Below, in pieces: positions 50,682 to 64,000 of a DNA stretch of 64,000 nucleotides; the stretch's first letter is position 1; the number at the start of each line of letters is the position of its first letter. Both the position numbers and the translations under genes were made by a program. The DNA comes from the human T2T-CHM13v2.0 reference genome, Homo sapiens, in the NCBI RefSeq assembly GCF_009914755.1, contig NC_060942.1, one strand, 5' to 3'. The notes beneath the pieces are model-generated. The model did not search any database and was not told where the DNA came from. It saw only the letters and a program-made list of their open reading frames with translations.

Positions 50682-52024
50682 GTAAGTTTAATTACCTCAA
50701 ATATTCAGTTTCCCAATTATTTTGTTTCTAAGAATTAATGTTACTTTGGGATAATACAAATGTTACACATTATAGCACAGATTTTTCAAGTATCTATTAA
50801 TGACAGTATGATTTTTGTTTTCTTTCATGTAACCTCAGAATTGGAAGACATGATACCACTGAAACTTGGAGTTGATGATGAATACATAGACCTTAATTAC
50901 AAACATAGTCTAGATCTTAAGACTACTTGTCTGCTTTAGAAGATCTTATAGGGGGAAGAGGAAAGGATACCTTAATTCTCAGATCAAGCCTGTCAATTTT
51001 TCCTTAGATTGATAAAAAGTGGCTTAGCAAGTGATAAGTACATGAGCACCATCCAGTCTTTTGTCTTTTTACCATTGAACTAAATATGGGCCACAGTTCT
51101 CCAAGAACTCTAACCAGGAAAGGTAACAGGCCTCATTCTTTATACACAAATTTAGTATTAAAAACATCATGACAATAAGAGCAGCAGCAGGAAGAAAATA
51201 CAATTAGCAAAGGAAGCATGAGTAAAACATTTAAACCCATACTTTTTATGCATTAGCTCAATGATTCATTTTGAATTTAGCTTTCCAATTCATCTGTCTC
51301 CAGGTGTCCTCTATTTCATATCTAGATCTAATTTTTTTTCATAGAATTGTGTCATTGGAACATCTGAGAAAATAAAATTTGACCCTCCCAAATTGCAGCT
51401 TCAAAAAGCATAATACAGTGCTATTTTTATACAGAAAATTCTGTCTTTTACCTCCAAGAGCAGTTTTCAGGTGTTTAACATATTATTACTATTTTTGGTC
51501 TTACATAAAACCTATCATTTGAGAGGTTTGCAGTGTGCTGCTACATTAATTCCTATAATAGTATTTTGAGATCACGATCATTATTGTTGCTTAACGGAAT
51601 AAACCTAATGCTTGTGATTTGCTTGAGAATTAATGCTTGGTAAATGACCAAATTCTATGGGGGCTGATGATCAGTTATTTATTGCAACACTTTATTCTCC
51701 CAATCTATTATTCTACCACCTAGAACATGGCAATTTTTCTTAGATGGGCCAGACAACAGTAAAGTTAAACAATAATATCAAAGATATGACTTACTCTGGA
51801 GCACATTAAAACAAAGAAAATTATTTGTCTCTGAACTACTAATAATATGAGGTTATTGTTTTTGAACCCCCAAAGGGATACAGAAAGCTTCTCAAATACA
51901 CATTCTGAATCTCCAAAATGTATCTTATGTATAGATTATGGAATTATACGTTTTTAAGAACTCTAATCCTTGCTTTGCCTTTTATTTTATTTATTCTATC
52001 TTTTCAGCTTCCATTTTATTGACC

Positions 52025-52712
52025 TTTTTTTTTTTGGTTGTTGTCAGGGTGATATGGTTTGCATTTGTGTCCCGGGCCAAATCTTGTATCAAATTGTAAT
52101 CCCCAGTTTTGGAGGAGGAGCCTGGTGGGAGGTGATTAGATCATGGGGGGCAGATTTCCCCCTTGCAGTTCTTGTGATAGTGAATTAATTCTCATGAGAT
52201 CTGGTTGTTTAAAAGCATGCAGCACCTCCCCTTTCACTCTCTTTCTCCTGCTCCTACCACTTAAGACATGCCTGCCTCCCCTTCGCCTTTCTCCATGATT
52301 GGAAGTTTCTTGAGGCCTCCCCAGCCATGCCTCTTGTACAGCCTCTAGAACCGTGAGCCAATTAAGTCTCTTTTCTTCATAAATTGCCCAGTCTCAGGCA
52401 GTTCTTTAAAGCAATGCAAGAACAGACTAATATATAGGGCCTCACTCTGTTGCCCAGGCTGGAGTGCAATGGTGGGACCTTGGCTCGCCACAGCCTCAAC
52501 TTCCCAGGCTTAAGCAATCCTCCCACCTCAGCCTCTCGAGTAGGTGAGACTACAGGTGCACATCACTACAACTGGCTAAATTTTGTATTTTTTGTAGTGA
52601 CAGGGTTTTGCCAGGTTTCCCAGGCTGGTCTCAAACTCCTGGGCTCGAGCAATCCACCCTCCTTGGCCTCCCAAAGTGCTGGGATTACAGGCATGAGACA
52701 TTGCACCCAGTC
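52025..52712 (-). mobile_element. AluJ split by an MSTA LTR
   Basis: T-tail at 52025, body resumes at 52435 (tagggcctcactctgttgcccagg); ttattga on both flanks. Confidence 0.85.
52050..52434 (+). mobile_element. MSTA solo LTR
   Basis: tgatatggtttgcatttgtgtccc...gcaatgcaagaacagactaatata; TSD caggg/taggg. Confidence 0.88.
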
Positions 52713-52762
52713 TTATTGAGATTTTTTGAGACAATATTGTCTGTCTCTTGCTTTCCTACTCT

Positions 52763-53894
52763 ATTTTTTCTTTTACTTTAAGTTCCCGGATACATGTGCA
52801 GAATTTTCAGGTTTGTTACATAGGTATTCTTGTGCCATTGTGGTTTGCTACAACTACTGATCCATCATCTATCTTCCCTCCCCTCCCTACCACCCCACAA
52901 CAGGCCCTGGGGTGTGCTGTTCCCCTCCTTATGTCCATGTGTTCTCACTGCTCAACTCCCACTTGTGAGTGAGAACATGCAGTGTATGGTTTTCTGTTCC
53001 TGTGTTAGTTTGCTGAGGATGATGGCTTCCAGCTGCATCCACGTCCCTGCAAAAGACATGATCTTATCCCTTTCTATGGCTGTATAGTATTCTGTGGTGT
53101 ATGTGTACCACATTTCCTTTATCCAGTCTATCATTGCTGGACATTTGGTTTGGTTCCATGTCTTTGCTATTGTAAATAGTGCTGCAATAAACATACGTGT
53201 ATATGTGTACTTTATATTCCTTTGGGTATATATCCAGTTATAGGATTGCTGGGTAAATGGTATTTCTGGTTTTAGATCCTTGAGGAATCACCACACTGTC
53301 CCCTTCGTTACACCTTATATAAAAATTAACTCAACATGGGTTAAAGACTTACATGTAAAACCCAAAGCCATAAAAACCCTGGAAGAAAACCTAGGCAGTA
53401 CCATTCAGGACATAGGCATGGGCAATGACTTCATGATGAAAACGCCAAAAGCAATTGCAACAGAAGCCAAAATTGTCAAATGGGATCTAATTAAACTAAA
53501 GAGCTTCTGCACAGCAAAAGAAACCATCATCAGAGTGAACAGGTAACCTACAGAATGGGAGAAAATTTTTGCAATCTACCCATCTGACAAAGGCCTAATA
53601 TGCAGAATCTACAAGGAACTTACACACATTTACAAGAAGGAAACAAACAACCCTATCAAAAAGTGGGCAAAAGATATAAACACATTTCTCAAAAGAAGAC
53701 ATTTATGCACCAATATACATATGAAAAAAAGCTCAACATCACTGATCATTAGAGAAATGCAAATCAAAACCTCAATGAGACACCATCTCACACCAGTCAG
53801 AATGGAGATTATTAAAACAACAGGGAACAATAGATGCTAGCAGGGCTGTGGAGGAATAGGAATGCTTTTACACTGTTGGTGGGAGTGTAAGTTA
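52763..53894 (-). mobile_element. L1PA (about PA8) insertion with 5' inversion
   Basis: 52763-53300 is a minus-strand 3' end; 53301-53894 is plus-strand upstream ORF2; degenerate TSD ctttcctactct / cttttccactct. Confidence 0.88.
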
Positions 53895-54789
53895 ACTTTT
53901 CCACTCTTAAGCCTTTACTGTGTCATGGGAGTCTTCACATCTTCACTACGTAATGAATCTTGCCAAAACTGTATCATGATAACAAAAAAAATCTCTGTAA
54001 AATCTCCGTCTTGTTCTCGAAGAGACAAGTGGCACAAAGAATGCCACAGTGTGCCAGAGTGCCTCAGTGGCTTCCATATATTTTTTATTGTTTCTCAGGC
54101 TATTTACAGATCTTGCTATCAAGATCTCCTGTTAGTGGCAGCACAGATGAGGAGACTATCAGAACCTCTTATAGAAGTATAAAGGTCTTTCCTTTTTAGA
54201 CAAAACTGTAAGATAGATCCACTCTGTATTAATTATGCTCTTCCGACTTACTAATTTGTGAGAAGACAAAAGAGACTTCAGAAATTTGTCAAAAGTCATG
54301 AAGATAGAATTAAGATTTAAGCATTGTTATTTTCTTTATGAACATGTTTTGAAAATAAATGGCTGTTTTTTCATAAGTAATACTCTTAAATACTATCTGT
54401 TGTACCATTAAAATATTGCCACACATATTACTTATAATAGTGTGTGGCAGATTATGTTAGGAGCTATTAGATTGTTTATTTGTTAACTATAAAGCAGCAA
54501 GAAAAGGGAAGAAAACTATACCAACCCAGCCAAGGTGACAGATCATATACTTTAATATTACCACTTTTACCAGAGAAATTTTTTTATATTTAAAATTTGG
54601 TGTTGCCTTTTCCCATTTTAGTCAAGCAAATACTTTCATGAATGCTATAAAGAAAATTAATAATAAATGCATTTGAATCCAGATTTTCAGCTTGTAATTT
54701 TATTTTTAATCAATTGAAAGGGAACCAATATTCATATCAAACATCTATTTATTGGTTTTTGTATTATAGGTATTGTGTTCTTTAAACAA

Positions 54790-54970
54790 TACTCTATTTG
54801 ACTATGTTCTACTGCTACGTGATAGGTATTGATATTCCCATTTTGCAGATGAGACACCTGCTCAAAGTCACAGAGAGGTTAAACAACTTGCCTGAGATAA
54901 CGAAGTAAGTAATGGAGAGTGGTTGAAAATCTGGCCTGCCTGATTCTAAAAGCTATGTTTTCTCCACTGT
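54790..54970 (-). mobile_element. MIR
   Basis: attcccattttgcagatgagacac...cagagaggttaaacaacttgcctgagat. Confidence 0.7.
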
Positions 54971-56103
54971 TCAATCAAGCAGGTAAAGTATTTTCGATAT
55001 TAGTTTTCATGCTATTATTTCAGAACCATGTCTGTTGAAGACAATGCTTCTTTTCCAGTGTGGCAACATATTTTCTCATGTACAGTAAAGTAGTATGTCA
55101 GGTAACAAAAGAGGAGTAAATTAAAAAGCTAAATTGGAAATTATAGATATTATGAATTTTCAGTTGAAAACTATAAAGTGATTTTAGTCCATCAACCATT
55201 AATAAGATAAAACCATACCAAAGACATTAAGGACAACAATGAATTTAAACTAGGAAACAATTTAATCTGAAATATTTAAATATCTGACTCACAAATTCAG
55301 TTTTTCAACACGTCTAGAGCTCTCCTTGACTTATTCTATGAAGCATATATTTTATATGTTGTCATAACTATGAGGGCATTTTCTAAAAATATGTGCAATG
55401 GGATGAGTAATGGGAGATGACAGAATAGGAATGGTGGGAGAGAAAATTCCTTTTTTAGATATTTTTTGCCCATGTCATTTTTCATTTTTGTAGCATTGTC
55501 TTAGGGTAACATCATCTACATATCTCATTTCTTCTAAAACATATTCTTCTAAAATACGTTTAGAAATATAAATTCACCCTGCATCTTAAGCTATTGTTTT
55601 ACTAAAATGGAAAATAAAGAAGAATATTTAACAGTGGAACTTGACTTTGGATTTAACAAAGGCCATGCATAGTATTGAAGAAGGCATTTCAACCACAGCA
55701 AATGCTTAAAAACTGATAGAATTTTAAAAGGAGATTGCATAAGATTCAAAAGGAAAACGTGTTCTCTAAAAATATTATTATCCCATCTGGGTTCGTAAAG
55801 AGTAAGGTGATTTAATTTTAGACTGTATCTTTAGAGAATAGGTAATAAGTCATCAATTTCTTCTTTTAGAAAGCTTACTTTTTCTGTACACCACATTGGT
55901 TTCCACTTTTAAAATTTATTCCACTAGCACCTCCTCCTCCTCATCATCAAACATTTATTGATCATTAATTTTTTTGTTGCAAGGGAATATGAAGAAGAAT
56001 AAGACCCAGTCCTTAACTTGTGATTTAAAATCTGGTTTTAGGGACATAGCACTTATAATCAAGGTAAACGACAATTAAAAGTAGCATGTCTTAAGAGCTC
56101 TGC

Positions 56104-56300
56104 CATAGATGGCAAGTATGTGGCCTGAGGCTGGCCCTTCTCTCTCTATAGTATTCATGGTAGACGTTGATATTCAATAGCTGTTTTCCTGCTGTGTCTG
56201 GACATGGGAAACAGTGAATCTTTCTTGGCCTTGAACTCTAGGTCGACTTTACCTGTGAATCAGCATTTGTATTCAATATGGAAACTATTAGCATTCCTTT
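56104..56300. mobile_element. MER102-like hAT element
   Basis: catagatggcaagtatgtggc...gaaactattagcattcc terminal motifs; diverged. Confidence 0.4.
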
Positions 56301-57389
56301 GCTATGGGAGTGTTACAGTGATATATAAATCCAATACAGAATGTCGACTAGAGATGTAAGTTTTGAGATGTCCTTAAATGAGTGATAAAATATAAATTAA
56401 TGGAATAAGGGAATAGGGAATCTAGATTAGGGAACTAGTACAAAGGAAGAACAGCGGCCCTCAGTTGTGGTGTGCTATGGAATACTCAGTAAACAAGTTA
56501 GATTGGCAGCATTACAAATGACTGCTAAACCAGGATGCCTAGCTAAGGAGATAGAATTTCATCTTGTTCCCATACACTCTTTTTAGTGAGAATTCTGTGC
56601 CAAAAATATAGACTTGGGAATCACTACTACAAAATAATAATCAACAGGAATAGATTACATCATATGAGGATATGTGTAGAGTAAGGGAAGCAATTCAGCT
56701 TTTGATGAACAGGAGAGGACCTTGTAGAGGAGACCCAGGGGCAGTAACAAGGAGAATAGATGGTCACAAAGTCTAGTAAGAGCTTTTAGAAGGAGCACTT
56801 GGTAAATAGTGTCAGGTAGTGCTCAGAAGACCCTGAAGATGAGGACTGTGAAGAGCTGTTCAATTACACAGCAAAGTGAGCAGTACAATTTTGGTGGAAA
56901 AAAGTACAGAGTAATTTTGATGGAATAATGGTGATGGAGAGGGGAGGAAAGAATAGAAGGCAGTGAAAAGAGGAAGGGTAGGCAATTCTGGTGAGAGAGA
57001 GATATAGGATGGTGGCTAGGAAACAAGGGCTTTGTTTGTTTGCTTGCTTGTTGTTTATTATGAGAGAAGCCTTGGCATATATACATGATGATGAAAAGGA
57101 GTCAGTAAGGAGGAGGAGAATTGAGATATGGAGTAATGGATGATTGATAGGATGAGATTCCAGAACAAGTAAAAGGCAATGGGATCCTAGCACAAAGGCA
57201 AATATATAAATAGGCATGGGAAAGATAAAAGATATAGAGTCTTATAAACTCTTACAAATGTGTAGATTATGTAAAGCTTTGTAAACCCCAAATTTCGACC
57301 CTTCCCACATATCTCTTTCTTGAGGTATAGGCCTGTATGTCCAACTGTCTCAGGAGATTTATACTTGGTTATCACAAAATGCATAAATT

Positions 57390-58250
57390 TCAACATGTAA
57401 AACATTCAGTTCCCGATCTTCTTCCCTTGCTACAAACCAACTCTTTTTCCCTAACTCAAGGAATGGCAGTGCCATGCATTTAGTTGCTCAGGCTATAAAT
57501 CTGCATTATATTTGAATCCTCCACCTTCTACATTAAAACCACATTTAATCAATCACTAGGTTTTGCTGTTTCTATCTCCTAAATATCTTTGTACTCTATT
57601 TTTCTCTTGATTCATCTTCAGTAGCCTAGTTCTGCCTAGCATCATCTTTCTCCTTGATTACTATCACAACAACAATGACCTTTCTGCTTCCAGTTTTATC
57701 AAAATATCCTCTTCTCCAATCCATTCTCTGGTTGTAGGGTCCCTTCACAGGACAGGGGCATCCCATCAGCAGGAAATATGGACACAAAGTGGCACATGGA
57801 AAACACATTTAACTTTGAAGTTTCATTGTATTTTTAAGAAAGGTGATGTCTCCCCTCTGCTCCTAACACAGACTGCAAAGTCATTCACTATTTTATCCAT
57901 GTTTACGTCTCTTGTTTTATCTTTTAAATCTCCACTGATCCTCTAGGGTGGCTGTTTCACTACATTCATCTGGTCAACCATCATTTGTTCTTTACACCTC
58001 TTCATCTTGAACATCACTTGCTCTGGCAGGACCTGTCTACTTACAATAGTCTGTTTTAGGTGGCTTTTTTTTTGGACTTCCCATAGTATCTTAACCTTCT
58101 CTCATCATGTTTGTTACTTAAAAGATAGTCTCCTGTTTTCTTTTTGTTTCCCCAGTGGACTCAGCAATTGTATTGGCCTCATTCATTATTATAGCCACAG
58201 TGCACAGTACGTTACCTGGTATACATTTATTAAGGAAATATGTATTTAAT
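57390..58250 (+). mobile_element. L2 3' region fragments
   Basis: gaatggcagtgccatgcatttagttgctcaggctataaatct; aatcaatcactaggttttgctgtttctatctcctaaatatct. Confidence 0.6.
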
Positions 58251-58550
58251 GAAATTGAATCTGTCAATAATATGCAGGATAAATTAAAGGAAGGGTGGGA
58301 AAGAACTAGACATAGGGCTATCCAAGAACCATAATTGTTTCATATCTTTTTCTATAACTTCTTATGTAAATCTAACCAGACATATGCCCAGAAAGAAGTA
58401 AATTTTATTAAGTAACATCAAGTTACTGATGTTATTATTTACCAGATTTTATTCTCCACCCCCTGTCAACCCCTGCTGCTTCCCTGACCTGGGTTCTTAA
58501 CTTCTGACTGCAATGATCATGTACAGGCTATCCATTTGCAAAATAAAACA

Positions 58551-60120
58551 AGGAGGGGCTTTAAGATAGCTTGTTAAATGCATTTGGTATTTGCCTCTTC
58601 CACAAAGAAGAACTAAAATGGTGAGTAAATAATCATACTTTGAATAGATCATCTAAAAGAGAACACTAGAATTCAATACAGAAGTGACAGGAAACACCAA
58701 AAGCAAGTAAAGAGAGGGAACTGAGTCAGGTTGTTCTGCTGGGATTGGCTGGGAGTCTGGAGAGGTTTCCTAATGCAGGGAAACCATAAAAATAAAATAC
58801 CTCCAGCAGTCTACATTCCCACCATGAACTTCTAATTTCCAGAATATATAAGGAACTCAAACAACTTAGTAAACAAGAAAAATAATAATCCCATTAAAAA
58901 GTGCGCAAAAAACATGAATAGACATTTCTCAAAAAGAAGACATACAAATGGCCATTAGGCAAATAAAAATGCTGAACATTACTAATAATCAGGGAAATGT
59001 AAATTAAAACCACAATGAGATATCATCTCATCCCAGTTAGAGTGGCTATTACTACAAAGACAAAAAATAACAGATGTTGGTGAAGATGCATAGAAAAGGG
59101 AATTCTTATACATGATTGGTAAGAATATAAATGGAAAAAAGTATGGAGATTTCTCAAAAAACTAAAAATAGTGCTATTATAAGATCCAGCAATCCCACTA
59201 CTGGAGAGATATACAAAGAAAAGCCATCAGTAGTCAAAAAGATATGTACACTCCCATGCTTATTGCAGCACTGTTCAAAATAGCAAAGATATGGAAGCAA
59301 CACAAGTGTCCATCAACAGATGATTGGATACAGAAAATGTTGTATATATACACAACTAAATATTATTCATCCTTAGAAATGAGTAAAATTAGAACACATG
59401 GACACAGGGAGGGGAACATCACACACGGGGCCTGTTTGGGGGGTGGGGGGCTACGGGAGGGATAGCCTTAGGAGAAATACCTAATGTAGATGAAGGGTTG
59501 ATGAGTGCAGCAAACCACCATGGCATGTGTATACCTATGTAACAAACCTGCATGTTCTGCACATATATCCCAGAACTTAAAGTATAATAAAAAATGGCAA
59601 AAACAGCAATACAAATTCAAGAAAAAAAAGAAATGAGTGAAACGATGTCATTTGCAGCAGCATAGATGGAACTGGATGTCATTATATTAAGTGAAATAAG
59701 TCAGGGATAGAAAGAAAAGAAAAATATATGTTCTCACTCCTATATGAGAGCTGAAAAAGTTAATCTCATGGAGGTAGAGAGTAGAATGATAGCTACCAAA
59801 GGCTAGGAATGGTATTTGGAATGGGGCGGGGGGTGGAGATGAAGAGAAGTTGGTTAATGGGTACATCAGTTAGATAGAAGGTATAAGTTCTAATTTTTCA
59901 CAGCAGAGTAGGGGGACTATAGTTAGCAACAATGTATGGTATATTTCAAAGTAGCTGGAAGAGAGGACTTGAAGTTTCCCAACACATAGAAATGATAAAT
60001 ACTCAAGGTGATGGATACCCCAAGTACCTTGACTTGGTCATTACACATTCTATGCATGTAACAGACTATCACACGCACTCCAAAAATATGTGAAATATTT
60101 TGTATCAATAAAAATACATA
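58551..60120 (+). mobile_element. L1MA-family element: 5'UTR joined to ORF2 3' end and 3'UTR, with nested L1PA7
   Basis: 5'UTR-like ggggctttaagatagc...cctcttccacaaagaagaactaaaat to ~58830, then ctaatttccagaatatataaggaactc; ends gtatcaataaaaat. Confidence 0.75.
59389..59628 (+). mobile_element. Short L1PA7-like 3' end nested in the L1MA
   Basis: 3'UTR gagaaatacctaatgtagatga; TSD agaaatgagt(a/g)aaa at 59375-59388 and 59629-59642. Confidence 0.88.
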
Positions 60121-61189
60121 AATGGGGTTTGTCTCAGAATTTTATTAATATGATAAAAGAACAGGTGAGAATAAACTGACACTCAAGAGTTGAGAACCAT
60201 AGATACTTTATAATATAGTAAATCTCAGCATACTTATTTATAATATAATTGTTATACTATATATTTCTGATATAAATTTCAAATTCCCTCTCATGATATC
60301 ACCTGGACAGGTACGGCTAAAAGAAAAATGTTTGCTCAACACTTTACCTCTTCTGGCAAATTCTGCCTGTCCTCTCTTCCATCACTTAATGAATGTACAT
60401 TTTCCACAAGGGTCCGTAGTAGGATCTCCATTTTTAAACTTAGGGCCATTTTCAGCATTTAAAGAAAATTTTGAGCCTTTGCTCATGTGGGTTCACTAAG
60501 TTTACTTTAAATACTGAGTTTTAATCAATGGGGGGCTTTTCAGGAGGTGTCATCTCTCAATTATGTTCTGTAAAGCACCAGCCCTAATTGTTTATCTTTA
60601 AATGGTTTCTTTTTCTGCTGATGTGAGTTTCTAGCTCTTTGGGTTTGGCTCCTGGGCCCTTGATTGCTTAGAGGAGAAAGGGTTTTATCTTACATACAGT
60701 TTTGCAGGAAGATTAATATTCTGAGAGGAGTCTGAGCTGAAAACAATTTCCTCATGGTCAGAAATAAGGACTTCTTGCTGTATCCTGTTTAACTCTCTTA
60801 ACTATTCCCTTTCTCTTCTCATTCTCTGCCTAGTAGGTTGTAAATATCACTGCTTAATGTCTGTAGTGTGGTGTCAATTGCATGAGAACAATCTTTTCTT
60901 GATGACCTTCATTTATGAATAACCCCACATGGACATATAAAAACAATAATGCATAAATACATACAATCTATTTTTGAAAGTGAATTGACTTCAGTTTGTT
61001 GGAAGAAAGAAAATAAAGTATGTTGAAGATGTGACAAATTTTTCTACATAATATTTAGATGAAATCACTAATAATAGCCATAATGCAGTAAGAGACTTCC
61101 AGTCTCTTACGTCCCCTGCCAATCTTCTTGTCTTTTCCATGGCTCTGAATCTTGGGGAAAGTGACATGGTTAATGGAATTAACCTTTTT

Positions 61190-61340
61190 GGATTACTTAT
61201 TATGTGTAAGATAGTTATACATATTAGTTATCTCATTTTTAATGTTTGAAAAAATTCTATTTCTTCTAGTCTTCATTTACAAGTAGAAAAAAAGAGGATC
61301 TGAGAGGTTAAGTAATCTTCAACAGTATGTCATGTTTATT
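61190..61340 (-). mobile_element. MIR
   Basis: cttcatttacaagtagaaaaaagaggatctgagaggttaagtaatctt. Confidence 0.55.
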
Positions 61341-61872
61341 AAAGGTCTATTATCCTAGCATTGTCAGTGAGACAGGAATAATTCCTGCTCTCCTACAGGA
61401 AATAAGTGTTTTTTCATGCAATGCATAAGGAAGTTCAAATATCAGTAGAAAAATGAACAAACAAAAAGCAAAACAAAGTAAAATACTTGCAGATGTATAT
61501 TTGGAATAGTTGGGTGAGTCCGAAGGTGGGAGAAGTGGTGGTTACAGAGTGGGCTGCCTGAATTTAATGCTTCAGCGCTGAGGGTGCCTAAGGCTTTGGT
61601 GTCAGAAAATAAGAGCGTGAAATTTGAATACAGAACTATCTTATTCCAAGCCTGTACTCTTACACTACATCACATTACATTTATATACTAAATGACGTAT
61701 ATGTAAGAGAGGAATTCAACATCATAGATGACAAAATACAAGTTTTCTGGTATCTACTTTCATACAAACTTGGCAGCAAAAGAGGGCCAAAATTGTGAAC
61801 TATTAAATGTTGATCTTGTGTCTTATTCTTCTTTTTGTATCTCCTCACTTTTTTCCCCCTTTGTTTTTCTTT

Positions 61873-62181
61873 CTTTCTTTCTTTCTTTTTTTTTTTCTGA
61901 GATGGAGTCTTGCTGTGTTGCCCAGGCTGGAGTACAGTGGGGCGCGATCTCGGCTCACTGCAAGCTCCGCCTCCCGGGTTCACGCCATTCTCCTGCCTCA
62001 GCCTCTTGAGTAGTTGGGACTACAGGCGCCCACCACAGCGCCTGGCTAATTTTTTGTATTTTTAGTAGAGACGGGGTTTCACCGTGTTAGCCAGGATGGT
62101 CTCGATCTCCTGACCTCGTGATCCACCTGCCTCGGCCTCCCAAAGTGCTGGGATCACAGGCGTGAGCCACCGCGCCCGGCC
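61873..62181 (-). mobile_element. AluY
   Basis: tgcaagctccgcctcccgggttcacgccattc, accgtgttagccaggatgg; TSD cccc(t)ttgtttttcttt. Confidence 0.93.
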
Positions 62182-63415
62182 CCCCACCCCTTGTTTTTCT
62201 TTACCAGCTCGTTGTCCAAATGCTCATAGTTCCAGGCCTGATTTATGTAAAATCAGAAATTGAAGTTATTTACTCACTAGCCTATTCAAGTTCCCAAAAT
62301 TGCATTATCTTATGATTTGGAGAGATACATTTCAATATATCCAAGAAAATATGTTAGTGGGGCAACCAGATAACATTTTCGATGTAACCCAAAACAATAA
62401 TTTCAAAAGTTCTGATGAAGGGGAAAGCAGACTGGGCTACAGATTGGAAAAAAAAAATGAGTGACGTTATATACAAATCTTCAAATTCTAATGTTTAGAA
62501 AGATGCTTTATTTGCTCCTGCTTAAACCAGAAGCTTGGGTTAACAGAGAGGTCCAGAGTTTTGGGGCAATGCTTAAGAAATTACTTTAGGCACCAAGATA
62601 GTAGGAAGATAGTTTATCTTTGCATCTTCTTATTCTGTACTCTGTATGTATATTTGAAATATTGCCTCATTTTGGATATGGATATAGGGAAGCTAGAAGA
62701 GATTAGATTAGGATGCAGATTTTGTTCTATTATTTGTTAAAATTTGTCTTGGATTAGTAATTATAAAACTCTCTTAATAATTGGTTCTGTATCCCATGTC
62801 AATCGTGGATCATGTAGTCCAATTTCTGGTAGGTAGGTAGCCATATCTTCACAAATGCCACCACAATTCACAACAGTTCAGAAGGTCCCAGTTGAGCAGT
62901 GATGATTAAATCAGTCAAATCTACACTCGGTTTTTAATTCAGTCATCAACTCACTGTTGGAAAAGTTTGGTTTATTATTACTTACACAGCATTTTTAAGG
63001 TATATAGAAGATTTGAATTTTTATCATGGCCATTTGACACTCTCACATTACAGTTTCATTAAAAGTCATACTGATGACAAAGATGTGTATTTTAATAAAT
63101 CATAATTTTATGGCTGTCATTACTAGGTAAAATGTATATCAGTTGACTTCCCTTGATCATAGTTTGTAACTGAGAACAAATTTACTCTGCCATGCATAGA
63201 AGGGGTTTATAATCATTTCAACATTTTCAGCAAAATATTTATAGGTATTACTAAAAACATGCTTATGAGGTCAAATAACTCTGGGAAATGCCAGTTTTTA
63301 GAAAGATTTCTCAACTCAAAAACTTTTCAAAGCCTATAATATGCTAATAGACGTTTTGGGTCTCTAAAAGGGAATTATAGGATGCTGAGTTTCCCAAACT
63401 GTTTCACTGCAGAAA

Positions 63416-64000
63416 TTTTTTTTATATTTTTTAATTTTTATTTTAAGTTTTGGGATACACATGCAGGATAATCAGGTTTGTTACATAGGTAAATGTGTGC
63501 CATGATGGTTTGCTGCACCTATCAATCCATCACCTAGGTATTAAGCCCCACATGCAATAGCTATTTTTCCTACTACTCTCCCTCCCCCAGCCCCAACCCA
63601 ATAGGCCCCAGTGTGTGTTGTTACCCTCTCTGTGTCCATGTATTCTTATTGCTCAGCTCCCACTTATAAGTGAGAACATGCGGTGTTTGGTTTTCTGTTC
63701 CTGCATTAATTTGCTGAGGATAATGACTTCTAGCTCCATCCATGTCCCTGCAAAGGACATGATCTTGTTCCTTTTTATGGCTGCATAGTATTCCATGGTG
63801 TATATGTACATTTTCTTTATCCAGTATATCATCGAAAGGCATTTGGGTTGATTGTATATCTTTGCTATTGTGAATAGTGGTGCAATGAACACATGGGTGC
63901 TTGTATTTTTGTAGTAGAATTTTTTATATTCCTTTGGGTATATACAGAGTAAAGGGATCACTGTGTCAAATGATATTTCTGGTTCTATATCTTTGAGGAA
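63416..64000 (-). mobile_element. L1PA (about PA10-13) 3' end, running off the window
   Basis: 3'UTR cctaggtattaagccccacatgc; ORF2 C-terminal frame 63653-63961. Confidence 0.88.

Noticed and set aside
62899-63074. Box C (GTGATGA) and box D (CTGA) motifs suggesting a snoRNA
   Set aside because: Spacing is long, the terminal stem is only 2 bp, and no guide complementarity is recognisable.

Overview
Primate genomic DNA, almost certainly human because it carries a near-pristine AluYb-lineage element. It is AT-rich and dominated by interspersed repeats, and I recognise no host protein-coding exon or RNA gene, so it reads as intronic or intergenic. The longer ORFs in the track are retroelement or transposon remnants and the rest look like chance frames. 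Main contents: (1) an old ERVL gag-pol relic at 2.2-5.3 kb; (2) a nested MSTB > LTR9 > MER48/HERVH48 stack at 7.0-11.1 kb, cut off on one side; (3) a full-length L1PA6-like element (-, 21.0-28.1 kb) with a nested younger L1 and a templated-insertion deletion removing the ORF1 start; (4) a full-length Hsmar1 mariner at 32.5-33.8 kb; (5) a full-length L1PA2/3 (+, 39.5-45.5 kb) with broken ORF1/ORF2 but an open ORF0 and endonuclease frame; (6) solo LTRs, Alus, a twin-primed L1 and MIR/L2 debris. I found no convincing new biological system. The best leads are three templated-insertion repair scars, an L1 antisense promoter/ORF0 pointing at an Hsmar1 with a strong splice acceptor, and a deleted ERV with an integrase-env fusion frame. 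Subfamily names come from recalled consensus diagnostics and need RepeatMasker/Dfam confirmation.
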